A DNA stretch of 23,061 nt, from assembly GCF_020969955.1 (NCBI RefSeq), contig NZ_JAHDSX010000039.1:1-23061 (forward strand), written 5' to 3'. Origin of the DNA: Allobaculum fili (GTDB taxonomy: Bacteria; Bacillota_I; Bacilli_A; Erysipelotrichales; Erysipelotrichaceae). Within the stretch, counting starts at the first letter, position 1, and each line of letters opens with the position of its first letter. Shown here piece by piece: positions 8,593 to 16,732 of this stretch. Both the position numbers and the translations under genes were made by a program. The notes below the pieces were generated by a model, which saw only the letters and a list, made by a program, of their open reading frames with translations, was not told the origin of the DNA and did no database searches.

Positions 8593-9567
8593 CTAGATAC
8601 CGAGGGCTTTCTGCGCAGCGGTAACGATCGCCATCTTGTAGATTTCTTCTTCGTTGGCACCGCGGGAAAGGTCGTTGATCGGCGCATTCAGACCCTGCAG
8701 AATTGGGCCTAAAGCTTCCCATCCGCCCAGACGGGCAGCGATCTTGTAGCCGATGTTTCCGGAAGAAAGGTTCGGGAAGATGAAGGTGTTGGCATGACCG
8801 GCAACTTTGGATTCCGGTGCTTTCAGTGCAGCGACTTCCGGTACAACGGCGCAGTCAAACTGCATTTCGCCGTCTACGTCAAAGTCGAGCGGCATACGTT
8901 TCAGACGAGTCGTCGCCTCGTCCATCTTGGCTACGCAGTGACCGGTAGCGGAGCCGAAGGAAGAGTAGGAAAGCATGGCCACTTTTGGTTCTACGCCAAA
9001 CTTGCGGGCAGTGTCTGCTGTCTGAATGGCGATTTCTACGAGTTCATCCGGGTTCGGGTCGCGGTTGATGGCGCAGTCAGCCATGAACAGCTGTTCGTTG
9101 CCTTTAACCAGAATAAATGTGGAAGAAACGATGGACTGACCTGGAGCCGTCTTTACCAGCTGGAGAGCCGGACGTACGGTATCGGCTGTGGAATAGGTCG
9201 CACCGCCAAGCAGACCGTCCGCATAGCCCATTTTAACGAGCATCGTGCCGAAGTAGTTGGTGTGGCTCAGCGCTTCCGCAACGGCTTCACGGGACATTTT
9301 TCCTCGACGGAGTTCAACCATTTTTGTGATCATGGCTTCCTTGTCCGCAAATTCGCTTGGAGCGATCATTTCGATGCCGGTGAGATCAAAACCGTTTTCC
9401 TTTGCGCAGGCTTCAATCTGCTCTTTTTCACCGAGCAGGACCGGCTTCAGGATGTTTTCTTTCGCAAGACGAACGGCAGCGCCCATAACGCGTTTGTCCC
9501 AGCCTTCTGTAAATACGATCCGGACATCCTTGCCGCGGATCCGTTCAGCTAATTTTGAAATAATCAT
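8593..9567 (-). CDS. pta: Phosphate acetyltransferase
   Basis: The 324-aa protein starts MIISKLAERIRGKDVRIVFTEGWDKRVMGAAVRLAKENILKPVLLG and ends with a Pta-type C-terminus (GPILQGLNAPINDLSRGA). I placed the start at the internal ATG 9567, which has the SD AGAGG. The ORF-track extension to 9615 has no SD. Confidence 0.9.
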   Translation of the reverse strand: MIISKLAERIRGKDVRIVFTEGWDKRVMGAAVRLAKENILKPVLLGEKEQIEACAKENGFDLTGIEMIAPSEFADKEAMITKMVELRRGKMSREAVAEALSHTNYFGTMLVKMGYADGLLGGATYSTADTVRPALQLVKTAPGQSIVSSTFILVKGNEQLFMADCAINRDPNPDELVEIAIQTADTARKFGVEPKVAMLSYSSFGSATGHCVAKMDEATTRLKRMPLDFDVDGEMQFDCAVVPEVAALKAPESKVAGHANTFIFPNLSSGNIGYKIAARLGGWEALGPILQGLNAPINDLSRGANEEEIYKMAIVTAAQKALGI

Positions 9568-9687
9568 GTTCTGTTTACCTCTGTGTGTATGGATTTCCAT
9601 CCACCAATATACCATTGTGCTGTTGATTTGCCTAATTGGTCCATTCTTTCACAAACTGCTTTATTTTCCCCGAAAAACAGGATGGTT

Positions 9688-10737
9688 TCAGAACTTGAGG
9701 ACCTCTTCTTTCAGGCGTTCGACCATCTGATCGGCCGGGATTTTTTCAATAATTTCTCCCTTGCGGATCAAGAGTCCTTCGCCTTTTCCGCCCGCGATTG
9801 CAATGTCCGCGTGACGCGCTTCGCCAGGTCCGTTAACCGCGCAGCCCATGATGGCTACGGTAACGGGTTTGCGTAGCGTCTGCAGCCACTGTTCCATTTC
9901 ATCGACGACCGGTTTCATGTCCCACGCCGTCCGGCCGCAGCTCGGGCATGCGATCAGATTGGGCACGTCGGCGAGCAGCCGGCAGTCCTTGAGCAGTTCG
10001 CGCACGATCGGCAGTTCCTTCTGCGCGTCGCCGTTGACCGAAATGCGAATCGTGCTGCCGATGCCTTCAAGCAGAAGCGGGCCAAGCGCGAGCGTCGATT
10101 TGATCGCCGACGTCATCTGCGTGCCGGCTTCCGTTACGCCAAGATGAAGCGGATAGTCGAACGTTTCGCTCGCCAGCCGGTACACTTCCATGCAGAGCAG
10201 CGGATCGCTCGACTTGAAGGAAAGCACAATATCGTAAAAGCCGAGATCTTCCAGAATATCCACGTGGCGGCGCGCCGATTCAATCATGCCTTCGGCAGTC
10301 GGCTTGCCATACTTGTCGTGAATGTCCTTTTCGAGCGAACCGGAGTTGATGCCAATTCGAATCGGGATGTGTTTTTCCTTGCAGGCTTTTACGACGGCTT
10401 CCACGTTCGCGCGGCTGCCGATGTTGCCTGGATTGAGCCGGATTTTGTCCGCGCCGGCTTCAATGGCGGCCAGCGCCAGTCTGTAGTCGAAATGGATGTC
10501 GGCGCAAAGCGGAATGTGAATCGCCTTGCGGATCGTTTCGATCGCGCGCGCATCGGAGAAATCCATCACCGAAACGCGAATGAGCTCGCAGCCCATTTTT
10601 TCAAGTTCGAGAATCTGGGAAATGACTTCGTCAGTATGATCGGTCTTGATGGAGCACATCGACTGCACCACCACATGATTGTTTCCGCCGATCTGCACAT
10701 TTCCCGCAAATACCGGTCTTGTTTTCGTTCTGTGCAC
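9688..10737 (-). CDS. ispG: 4-hydroxy-3-methylbut-2-en-1-yl diphosphate synthase (flavodoxin)
   Basis: It has the TRPVFAGNVQIGGNNHVVVQSM N-terminus, the TIM-barrel region, and the C-terminal Fe-S cysteines (ACPSCGR...MGCAVNGPGE). The start codon is GTG. Confidence 0.9.
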   Translation of the reverse strand: MHRTKTRPVFAGNVQIGGNNHVVVQSMCSIKTDHTDEVISQILELEKMGCELIRVSVMDFSDARAIETIRKAIHIPLCADIHFDYRLALAAIEAGADKIRLNPGNIGSRANVEAVVKACKEKHIPIRIGINSGSLEKDIHDKYGKPTAEGMIESARRHVDILEDLGFYDIVLSFKSSDPLLCMEVYRLASETFDYPLHLGVTEAGTQMTSAIKSTLALGPLLLEGIGSTIRISVNGDAQKELPIVRELLKDCRLLADVPNLIACPSCGRTAWDMKPVVDEMEQWLQTLRKPVTVAIMGCAVNGPGEARHADIAIAGGKGEGLLIRKGEIIEKIPADQMVERLKEEVLKF

Positions 10738-11220
10738 AGGGTATCATCGCCTTTCCTGAATCTATTTTACGGCCTGCAGGGCAGGCATTCCTCTTGGAAA
10801 ATCACTTTGTCTTCTATTTTTTCCTCTGGTTTTCGCAAAGTCTTCTTTGGCGCATAAAATTTCCTGCACTGGCTAAAACAGCTGGCCGCAAAAGCAGTAT
10901 TTTTTCGGCCGTTCCGCAAGGGAACCGGCAAAATCTGCTGGAAACTCCATAGCCTGCCTCTATGCGCAGTTTAAGAAAGGGCCGCAGGCGGGCGCCTTTG
11001 ACGGCTCTGCTAAAATTAAGTATAGCCTGTCTGGGGGCGCATTCCTTTCTGCGCCTTCGGCTTGCCGGACAAAACGACGCCGTGCAGACAGAGACAGACT
11101 TTTTCTTCGAATCCTGCAGATCGCAAGTGCAGCCGCGAAAAGCCCGCCATCCAGAAAAGAGGCATCGGTCCAGACGCGTTTTTTGCCTATGGCGGTCTGC
11201 CTGACTAGAAAGGATGAACT

Positions 11221-13197
11221 ATGGACGAAAAATTTGAACTTGTTTCTCCTTATCCCCCTGCCGGTGATCAGCCGCAGGCCATTGCCGAGCTGGTCGAAGG
11301 CATCCAGGCCGGCAAGAAGCATCAGGTTCTGCTTGGCGCCACCGGTACCGGCAAGACCTACACCATTTCCAACGTCATCGCGGCGGTCAACAAGCCCACG
11401 CTTGTATTCGCCCACAATAAAACGCTCGCCAGCCAGCTGTACGCCGAGCTGAAGGAATTTTTCCCGAACAACCGGGTGGAATACTTCGTTTCCTACTTCG
11501 ATTATTACCAGCCGGAAGCGTACATGCCCAAAACCGATACGTACATCGATAAAAACACGAAAACTAACGAAGAGCTCGACATGCTTCGCATGGCCGCGGT
11601 CAACTCCGTTCTGCACCGGCGCGATACGATCATCGTCGCTTCGGTCGCCTGCATTTACGGTGCTTCGGACCCGGCCCAGTACGAAAACATGATCGACACG
11701 ATCCGTGTCGGCGAGCAGATTGACCGTCAGAGCCTGCTCTCCCGTCTGATCGCCCAGCAGTACAAGCGCAACGACATGGAACCGGCGCGCGGCACGTTTC
11801 GCGTGCGCGGCGATGTCATCGAAATTTCGCCGGGCTATACGGACCGCTTTTTAATCCGCATCGAAATGTTCGGCGATGAAATCGAGCGGATCTGCGAAGT
11901 CAACCCGCTCACCGGCCAGCTCATTCAGGCGTACAACCTCTATAACCTGTATCCGGCCAGCGGCTACGCTACAAGCATGGACATCATGGAACGCGCCGCC
12001 AATTCCATCGAGGCCGAACTTGAAGACCGTCTGGAATATTTTGAAGGCGCCGGCAAGCCGCTGGAAAAGGAGCGCCTCGAACAGCGCTGCCGCTACGACA
12101 TCGAAGCGCTGCGCGAATTCGGCGTCTGCCCGGGCATTGAAAACTATTCCCGGCACATCGACGGCCGCAAAGCCGGCGAAACGCCGTACACCCTTTTTGA
12201 CTATTTCCCCGACGACTTTCTGATGATCGTCGATGAATCCCACGTTTCCCTGCCGCAGATCCGCGGCATGTTCAACGGCGACCGCGCCCGCAAGCAGACG
12301 CTGGTCGACTACGGGTTCCGTCTGCCGTCCGCTCTCGACAACCGTCCGCTGACGTTTTCGGAATTTGAAGAAAAGGCCCCGCAGTCCATTTACGTATCCG
12401 CCACGCCCGGCGACTATGAACTCGAACAGACCGAAGGCGAAATCGTCGAACAGATCATTCGTCCGACCGGTCTTCTCGATCCCATCGTTGAAGTCCGCCC
12501 GACCGAAGGACAGATCGACGACCTCGTCGGCGAAATCCGCGACCGCATCGCCAAAGGCGAGCGCACGCTCATTACCACCCTTACGGTACGCATGGCCGAA
12601 GACCTCACCGAGTATCTGAAAAATCTCGACATTAAGGTGGCCTGGCTGCATCACGAAGTCAAAACGATCGAACGCACCGAGATCATTCAGGATCTGCGCC
12701 GTGGCAAGTACGATGTGCTCGTCGGCATCAACCTGCTTCGAGAAGGCCTCGACATTCCGGAAGTTTCCCTGATCGCCATTCTCGACGCAGACAAGGAAGG
12801 CTTCCTGCGCTCCAAGCGCTCGCTCGTTCAGATCATCGGCCGTGCCGCGCGAAACGCCGAAGGCAAAGTCATTTTGTACGGCGATTCCATTACCGAATCC
12901 ATGCGCTACGCGATCGACGAAACCGCCCGTCGCCGTTCCATTCAGATGGCGTACAACGAAGAGCATGGCATCGTGCCGAAAACGATCATCAAGCCGATCC
13001 GCGAAGTCGTTCATTCCAAGGAAACGAAGGAAATGACGGCCCGCTACCTGCGAAGAAAGCAGAAGCTTTCCAAAAAGGATACGGCCAAATACATTCAGGA
13101 ACTCGAAGCCGAAATGCGGCAGGCCGCCAGCGATCTCGAATTCGAACGCGCAGCCGAACTGCGCGACATGATTCTCGAGCTCAAGGCCGACGCCTGA
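11221..13197 (+). CDS. uvrB: Excinuclease ABC subunit B
   Basis: It has the PAGDQPQAI motif, Walker A GATGTGKT, the DESH box ([11 protein letters not shown]) and the C-terminal UVR domain ([14 protein letters not shown]). It is 658 aa. Confidence 0.97.
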   Translation: MDEKFELVSPYPPAGDQPQAIAELVEGIQAGKKHQVLLGATGTGKTYTISNVIAAVNKPTLVFAHNKTLASQLYAELKEFFPNNRVEYFVSYFDYYQPEAYMPKTDTYIDKNTKTNEELDMLRMAAVNSVLHRRDTIIVASVACIYGASDPAQYENMIDTIRVGEQIDRQSLLSRLIAQQYKRNDMEPARGTFRVRGDVIEISPGYTDRFLIRIEMFGDEIERICEVNPLTGQLIQAYNLYNLYPASGYATSMDIMERAANSIEAELEDRLEYFEGAGKPLEKERLEQRCRYDIEALREFGVCPGIENYSRHIDGRKAGETPYTLFDYFPDDFLMIVDESHVSLPQIRGMFNGDRARKQTLVDYGFRLPSALDNRPLTFSEFEEKAPQSIYVSATPGDYELEQTEGEIVEQIIRPTGLLDPIVEVRPTEGQIDDLVGEIRDRIAKGERTLITTLTVRMAEDLTEYLKNLDIKVAWLHHEVKTIERTEIIQDLRRGKYDVLVGINLLREGLDIPEVSLIAILDADKEGFLRSKRSLVQIIGRAARNAEGKVILYGDSITESMRYAIDETARRRSIQMAYNEEHGIVPKTIIKPIREVVHSKETKEMTARYLRRKQKLSKKDTAKYIQELEAEMRQAASDLEFERAAELRDMILELKADA

Positions 13198-13250
13198 TAT
13201 CAGACGAAGCCTGCATCCAAAAATCAGAAAAGCCAAAAGCGATAAACAGC

Positions 13251-13285
13251 AAGCAATAAGCAATAAGCAATAAGCAATAAGCAAT
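13251..13285. repeat. Perfect heptanucleotide tandem repeat (AAGCAAT)x5
   Basis: I counted five exact head-to-tail copies directly, with degenerate copies on both sides. The repeat lies in the A-rich tract after the uvrB stop. Confidence 0.95.
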
Positions 13286-13424
13286 AAACGAAAAGCCGGA
13301 AAATCCAAAAACAGAAAACACGGAAAATCCGTCCGACAGCCAGACCTGCAGAACACAGCCCGCAAAAAAGGATCCCGCAGGAACGTGCCGGCAGGAATCC
13401 GGCCAAGTTCCTCGATTTCCCGTT

Positions 13425-13469
13425 AAAAAATGGTGCATTCTCCAAACCATGGAGCGTGCACCATTTTTC
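13425..13469. terminator. Bidirectional rho-independent terminator between uvrB and the ung unit
   Basis: The sequence is AAAAAATGGTGCA...TGCACCATTTTT with the inner pairing CTCCA/TGGAG. An A-run lies on the 5' side and a T-run on the 3' side. Confidence 0.75.
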
Positions 13470-13529
13470 TGTTTCTTTTTATGTCCTTGTTTCCTTTCGC
13501 AAAACTGCTGCGAAGGGACAGTTTCTTTC

Positions 13530-13625
13530 TTAATGAGGCATCAGGCTGAAATACAGACCGATCAGGGCGGCAATGCCGATCACAGTCCAGAAAATCCATT
13601 TGCCATACGGCGTTTTCTTTTTCAT
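13530..13625 (-). CDS. Small membrane protein, 31 aa (MKKKTPYGKWIFWTVIGIAALIGLYFSLMPH)
   Basis: It has ATG 13625 with the SD GAGGGAGA, a basic N-terminus followed by one TM helix, and a TAA stop. It lies 65 nt after the ung stop and before the shared terminator. It is below the ORF-track length cut-off. Confidence 0.45.
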   Translation of the reverse strand: MKKKTPYGKWIFWTVIGIAALIGLYFSLMPH

Positions 13626-13690
13626 AGGTCTCCCTCTCTTTCAGACAGGCGTTTTCATTTCTGTCTTCATTGTAAAAAGAGGGCTTGCCG

Positions 13691-14362
13691 TCAGTCGGCC
13701 ATTTGCCTGTTATCCTCAGTCCAGAAAATGGGTTCCTTTCCGTGTTCCTGCAAAAACTGGTTGGCTTTCACGAAATGATTGCACCCGAAAAAGCCGCGGT
13801 TGGCCGAAAGCGGCGAAGGATGCGCGGCTTCCAGCACCAGATGATTCGGATTGTCAAGCAGCGCCTTCGCCTTGCGGGCGTGACCGCCCCAGAGCAGAAA
13901 GACGATCGGCTGATCCTGTTTGTTGAGCACCCGGATCAGATCGTCCGTAAATTTCTGCCAGCCGATTTTTGAATGGGAAAGCGGCTTGCCCTGCTCCACC
14001 GTCATAATCGAGTTGAGCAGCAGCACGCCCTGCGCCGCCCAGTCGGACAGATTGCCCGTGCGATACACCGGAACCTGATATTCCGCGCTCAGTTCCTTGT
14101 AAATGTTCTGCAGGGAAGGCGGAATGCGCACCTGTGAAGGCACCGAAAAGGAATATCCCTGCGCCTGACCCGGTTCGTGATACGGATCCTGACCGAGAAT
14201 CACGACTTTGACCTGATCGAGCGGAGTCATTTCCAGTGCCTTAAAAATGTTTTCCTTTGCGGGGTAGACGGGAGAAGACGCGTACGCCTGTTCGAGAAAC
14301 GCCCGAATCGGTCCTAACGTTCCGTTTTGAAGTTCTTCTTCCATGACATCTTTCCATTCCAT
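13691..14362 (-). CDS. ung: Uracil-DNA glycosylase, family 1
   Basis: It has the GQDPYH catalytic motif, the HPSPLSA leucine-loop motif and LLLN. The start is placed at ATG 14362 (MEWKDV), which has the SD GAAGGGAGA, giving 223 aa. Confidence 0.92.
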   Translation of the reverse strand: MEWKDVMEEELQNGTLGPIRAFLEQAYASSPVYPAKENIFKALEMTPLDQVKVVILGQDPYHEPGQAQGYSFSVPSQVRIPPSLQNIYKELSAEYQVPVYRTGNLSDWAAQGVLLLNSIMTVEQGKPLSHSKIGWQKFTDDLIRVLNKQDQPIVFLLWGGHARKAKALLDNPNHLVLEAAHPSPLSANRGFFGCNHFVKANQFLQEHGKEPIFWTEDNRQMAD

Positions 14363-14464
14363 GCAGTTTCTCCCTTCTCCAGCACGTCTGTACACGCCCC
14401 TTCGATTTGGAAGGGGGGCTTTGCCGGCTGGCTGTTTTCTGTGCCTCGTCTTATCATTATAGCC

Positions 14465-15661
14465 ATGACGAATACATGCATGCAGAAAGTCGAGGAAATG
14501 GAACGGCACAAAGGCCTGAACCATTCTCTCGATCAGCTGAGAGGATGGCTGGCCGAAGACTTTGGCCCCTCCCCTTTCCCCCATTCGATTCACGTCGCCG
14601 GCACCAACGGAAAAGGTTCCGTCATCACCTGGCTGGAACTGCTGCTCGCCCAGAAAGGCTTGGGCACCGGCGCTTTCATTTCCCCGCACCTAGTGGTTCA
14701 CAGCGAGCGGTTCCGTCTGAATCAGAAGCCGATTTCCATGGATCGATGGGAAGAACTTTACGACCGGTACGCCAGAACGTTTAAAGCGCGCGACATGACG
14801 ATGTTTGAAATGGATCTCTTCATGGCCTGCGCCCTCTTTCAGGAAGTCCGCCCCGATTTTGTCCTCATGGAAACCGGTCTTGGCGGAACGCGCGACGCCA
14901 CCACGGCTCTCGACTATCCGTGGGGCATCATCACATCGATCGGCCTGGATCACATGGGGCTGCTCGGTTCGACCAAAACCGAGATTGCCCAGGCCAAAGC
15001 GGGCATCATTCAGGAAGGCATGACTCTAGTTACCGCGGAGCAGGATCCCGCCTGCCTGCGCGTATTTCAGGACGCCGCCAAAACGAAGCACGCGACTCTG
15101 ATCGAAATTTCGCGCGATTTTTCCCCGCTTGATCCCCTGTGGAATCCGGCACTTCCCGCCTATCAGAAAGAAAACTATCTTTGCGCGCGAACGCTGCTCG
15201 AACAGGCCGGCTTCTCTTTCACGCCAGACGAGCAGAAACAGGCCATCGATCGCTTTTTCTGGCCCGCCCGCTTTCAGATCGTCCGCAGCCATCCGCTGCT
15301 TTTTGTAGATGGCGCCCACAACGCCAACGGCATAGACGCCCTCTGCAAAAGTCTTCAGGAAGGCGGCTGGAGCATCGATCAGATTTTCTTTTCCGTTCTT
15401 GCCGACAAGCAGGCCCGCGAAATGATCGCAAGGCTGCAAACGATTGCGCCGGACATTCATCTTGTCCATTTCGAATCGCAGCGTCTGGCCCGGCTCGATA
15501 CGCTCGCGCAAAAGGAAAACCTCGATGTTCTTTCCTTCGATACGCTGCTTGAGCGCCTGAAAAGCACGAATAAAAATACTCTCGTATGCGGTTCGCTCTA
15601 TTTTGCAGGAGAAGTTCTTCAGGCTCTGCATGCGGCCATTGACCAGGCCCCCTCTGCCTGA
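14465..15661 (+). CDS. folC: Bifunctional folylpolyglutamate synthase / dihydrofolate synthase
   Basis: It has the P-loop HVAGTNGKGSV and the Mur-ligase-like middle and C-terminal domains (DGAHN). The start is uncertain: the candidates are ATG 14465, 14480 or 14498, and the track start 14327 overlaps ung. Confidence 0.85.
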   Translation: MTNTCMQKVEEMERHKGLNHSLDQLRGWLAEDFGPSPFPHSIHVAGTNGKGSVITWLELLLAQKGLGTGAFISPHLVVHSERFRLNQKPISMDRWEELYDRYARTFKARDMTMFEMDLFMACALFQEVRPDFVLMETGLGGTRDATTALDYPWGIITSIGLDHMGLLGSTKTEIAQAKAGIIQEGMTLVTAEQDPACLRVFQDAAKTKHATLIEISRDFSPLDPLWNPALPAYQKENYLCARTLLEQAGFSFTPDEQKQAIDRFFWPARFQIVRSHPLLFVDGAHNANGIDALCKSLQEGGWSIDQIFFSVLADKQAREMIARLQTIAPDIHLVHFESQRLARLDTLAQKENLDVLSFDTLLERLKSTNKNTLVCGSLYFAGEVLQALHAAIDQAPSA

Positions 15662-15764
15662 GTCAAAGCCGGACTTGCGCGGATCCGGCTTCCCCTCATT
15701 CCGGCATTTCCGCGATTCTGCAATTCTGCGTTGCTGCATCCCGGGTGACTTACTGTTTCTAGGC

Positions 15765-15806
15765 AAAGACGCCTCTTCGAGGTCGGTTCGAAGAGGCGTC
15801 TTTTTT
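15765..15806. terminator. Bidirectional terminator between the convergent folC and folT genes
   Basis: A 16-bp perfect stem pairs AAAGACGCCTCTTCGA with TCGAAGAGGCGTCTTT around the loop GGTCGGT. It is flanked by A and T runs. Confidence 0.85.
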
Positions 15807-15879
15807 ATCGGTTTTATTTGTATTTTTCGTATACTTTCCGCTTTGTTTTCGGTTTATGTACTCGCTTTGGGGATCGGCT

Positions 15880-16440
15880 TCAGGCTGCATGCGAGGAGCG
15901 CAGCTGCGTGCGGGCACTGAGCGCTGGAAGCAGACGCATGCTCAAGAACAGCATAATGGAGTTGAGCGGCCAGGCGATCAGGTTTTTCAGCAGGCGGCCA
16001 GTCACCAGAATCCAGTACGGCGTGCCGTAAAGCATGGTCAGCACCAGGGGGGTAAGAATCACGTTGCAGACCAGAATGGCCACCGCCTCCCCGAGAACGA
16101 TGCGCCATACGCTCACATTTTTCTGTCCGTAAAAGAACAGGGTGTAAATGAGCGCCTTGACCATGAGCACCATCGCGTAAAACGGCATGTACGGTCCGGT
16201 CGGATGGGCGAGAAAGCCGAGAAGATCCGCCACGAAGCAGAAGATCAGATTGGGCAAGAACCCGTAGAGCGCGCAGCTCAGCGCGAGCGCGATGAACGAG
16301 AAGCGAATCTCAAGCGTCGCACTCAGGGAAATCGAAAACATATTGAGCACCACATACAGGGCGCAAAGCATCGCCATGCCCGCGATGGAACGGACGGACA
16401 GACGGGCGCTTTTCCATTCGAAAAGCGATTTGATTTTCAT
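15880..16440 (-). CDS. folT: Folate-family ECF transporter S component
   Basis: The 186-aa protein has about 6 TM helices and starts MKIKSLFEWKSARLSVRSIAGMAMLCALYVVLN. A strong SD AAGGAGG precedes ATG 16440. It lies directly downstream of a THF riboswitch and next to folC. Confidence 0.8.
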   Translation of the reverse strand: MKIKSLFEWKSARLSVRSIAGMAMLCALYVVLNMFSISLSATLEIRFSFIALALSCALYGFLPNLIFCFVADLLGFLAHPTGPYMPFYAMVLMVKALIYTLFFYGQKNVSVWRIVLGEAVAILVCNVILTPLVLTMLYGTPYWILVTGRLLKNLIAWPLNSIMLFLSMRLLPALSARTQLRSSHAA

Positions 16441-16487
16441 GACATATTCCTCCTTTCCTCGTTGCAGAAAAAAGGAGGGTTCCTTCT

Positions 16488-16592
16488 TGTGCAGCGGGAT
16501 GCAGGAAACAAACCGCAAGGGTAACCCTTTTCGTTGCCGGACCGACTCCCCATTTCCGGCACACTTGACGCCTGTTTCCTTACTCTGTCGCA
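16488..16592 (-). promoter_or_regulatory. THF (tetrahydrofolate) riboswitch aptamer, class I
   Basis: The minus strand reads AGAGUAAGGAAACAGGCGUCAAGUGUGCCGGAAAUGGGGAGUCGGUCCGGCAACGAAAAGGGUUACCCUUGCGGUUUGUUUCCUGCAUCCCGCU. This matches, block for block, the THF-I consensus as I remember it (AGAGUAG, GCGUUAAGUGUG, AAUGGGA, ACGAA, GCGGU, UGCAUCCGCU). Downstream, the anti-SD CCUCCUUU (plus 16471-16478) can pair with the SD (plus 16449-16456). Confidence 0.85.
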
Positions 16593-16595
16593 TGC

Positions 16596-16625
16596 ACTAT
16601 AGCCAGAGGCTCTCCACTCTGTCAA
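16596..16625 (-). promoter_or_regulatory. Sigma-A-type promoter of the THF-folT unit
   Basis: On the minus strand, TTGACA (16620-16625) is followed by an 18-nt spacer and TATAGT (16596-16601), just upstream of the aptamer. Confidence 0.55.
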
Positions 16626-16667
16626 CGAAGCCCGCCGGACCGTGCAAGTTCCGACTCGCTTTGTATC

Positions 16668-16711
16668 AAAAAACAGGCGGCCTTTCGAAAGACTCCGAAT
16701 AGACCGCCTGT
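16668..16711 (-). terminator. Rho-independent terminator of the peptidase gene
   Basis: The stem ACAGGCGG/CCGCCTGT is followed by T6 on the minus strand, 22 nt after the stop. Confidence 0.8.
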
Positions 16712-16732
16712 AAAGGAACAAAGCGTTATTTT

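Noticed and set aside
11851-13365. A 504-aa ORF antisense to uvrB that extends through the heptamer repeat.
   Set aside because: This is a shadow ORF of a strongly codon-biased gene. The uvrB frame carries every diagnostic motif. The antisense product is low-complexity (rich in F, G, A, D and R), has no SD, and its N-terminus is simply the translated AAGCAAT repeat.
14363-14689. The 109-codon N-terminal extension of the ung ORF, up to 14689.
   Set aside because: The extension overlaps the folC coding start and promoter region on the other strand, has no SD, and adds Gly/Arg-rich sequence absent from family 1 UDGs. ATG 14362 has a strong SD and gives a canonical 223-aa protein.
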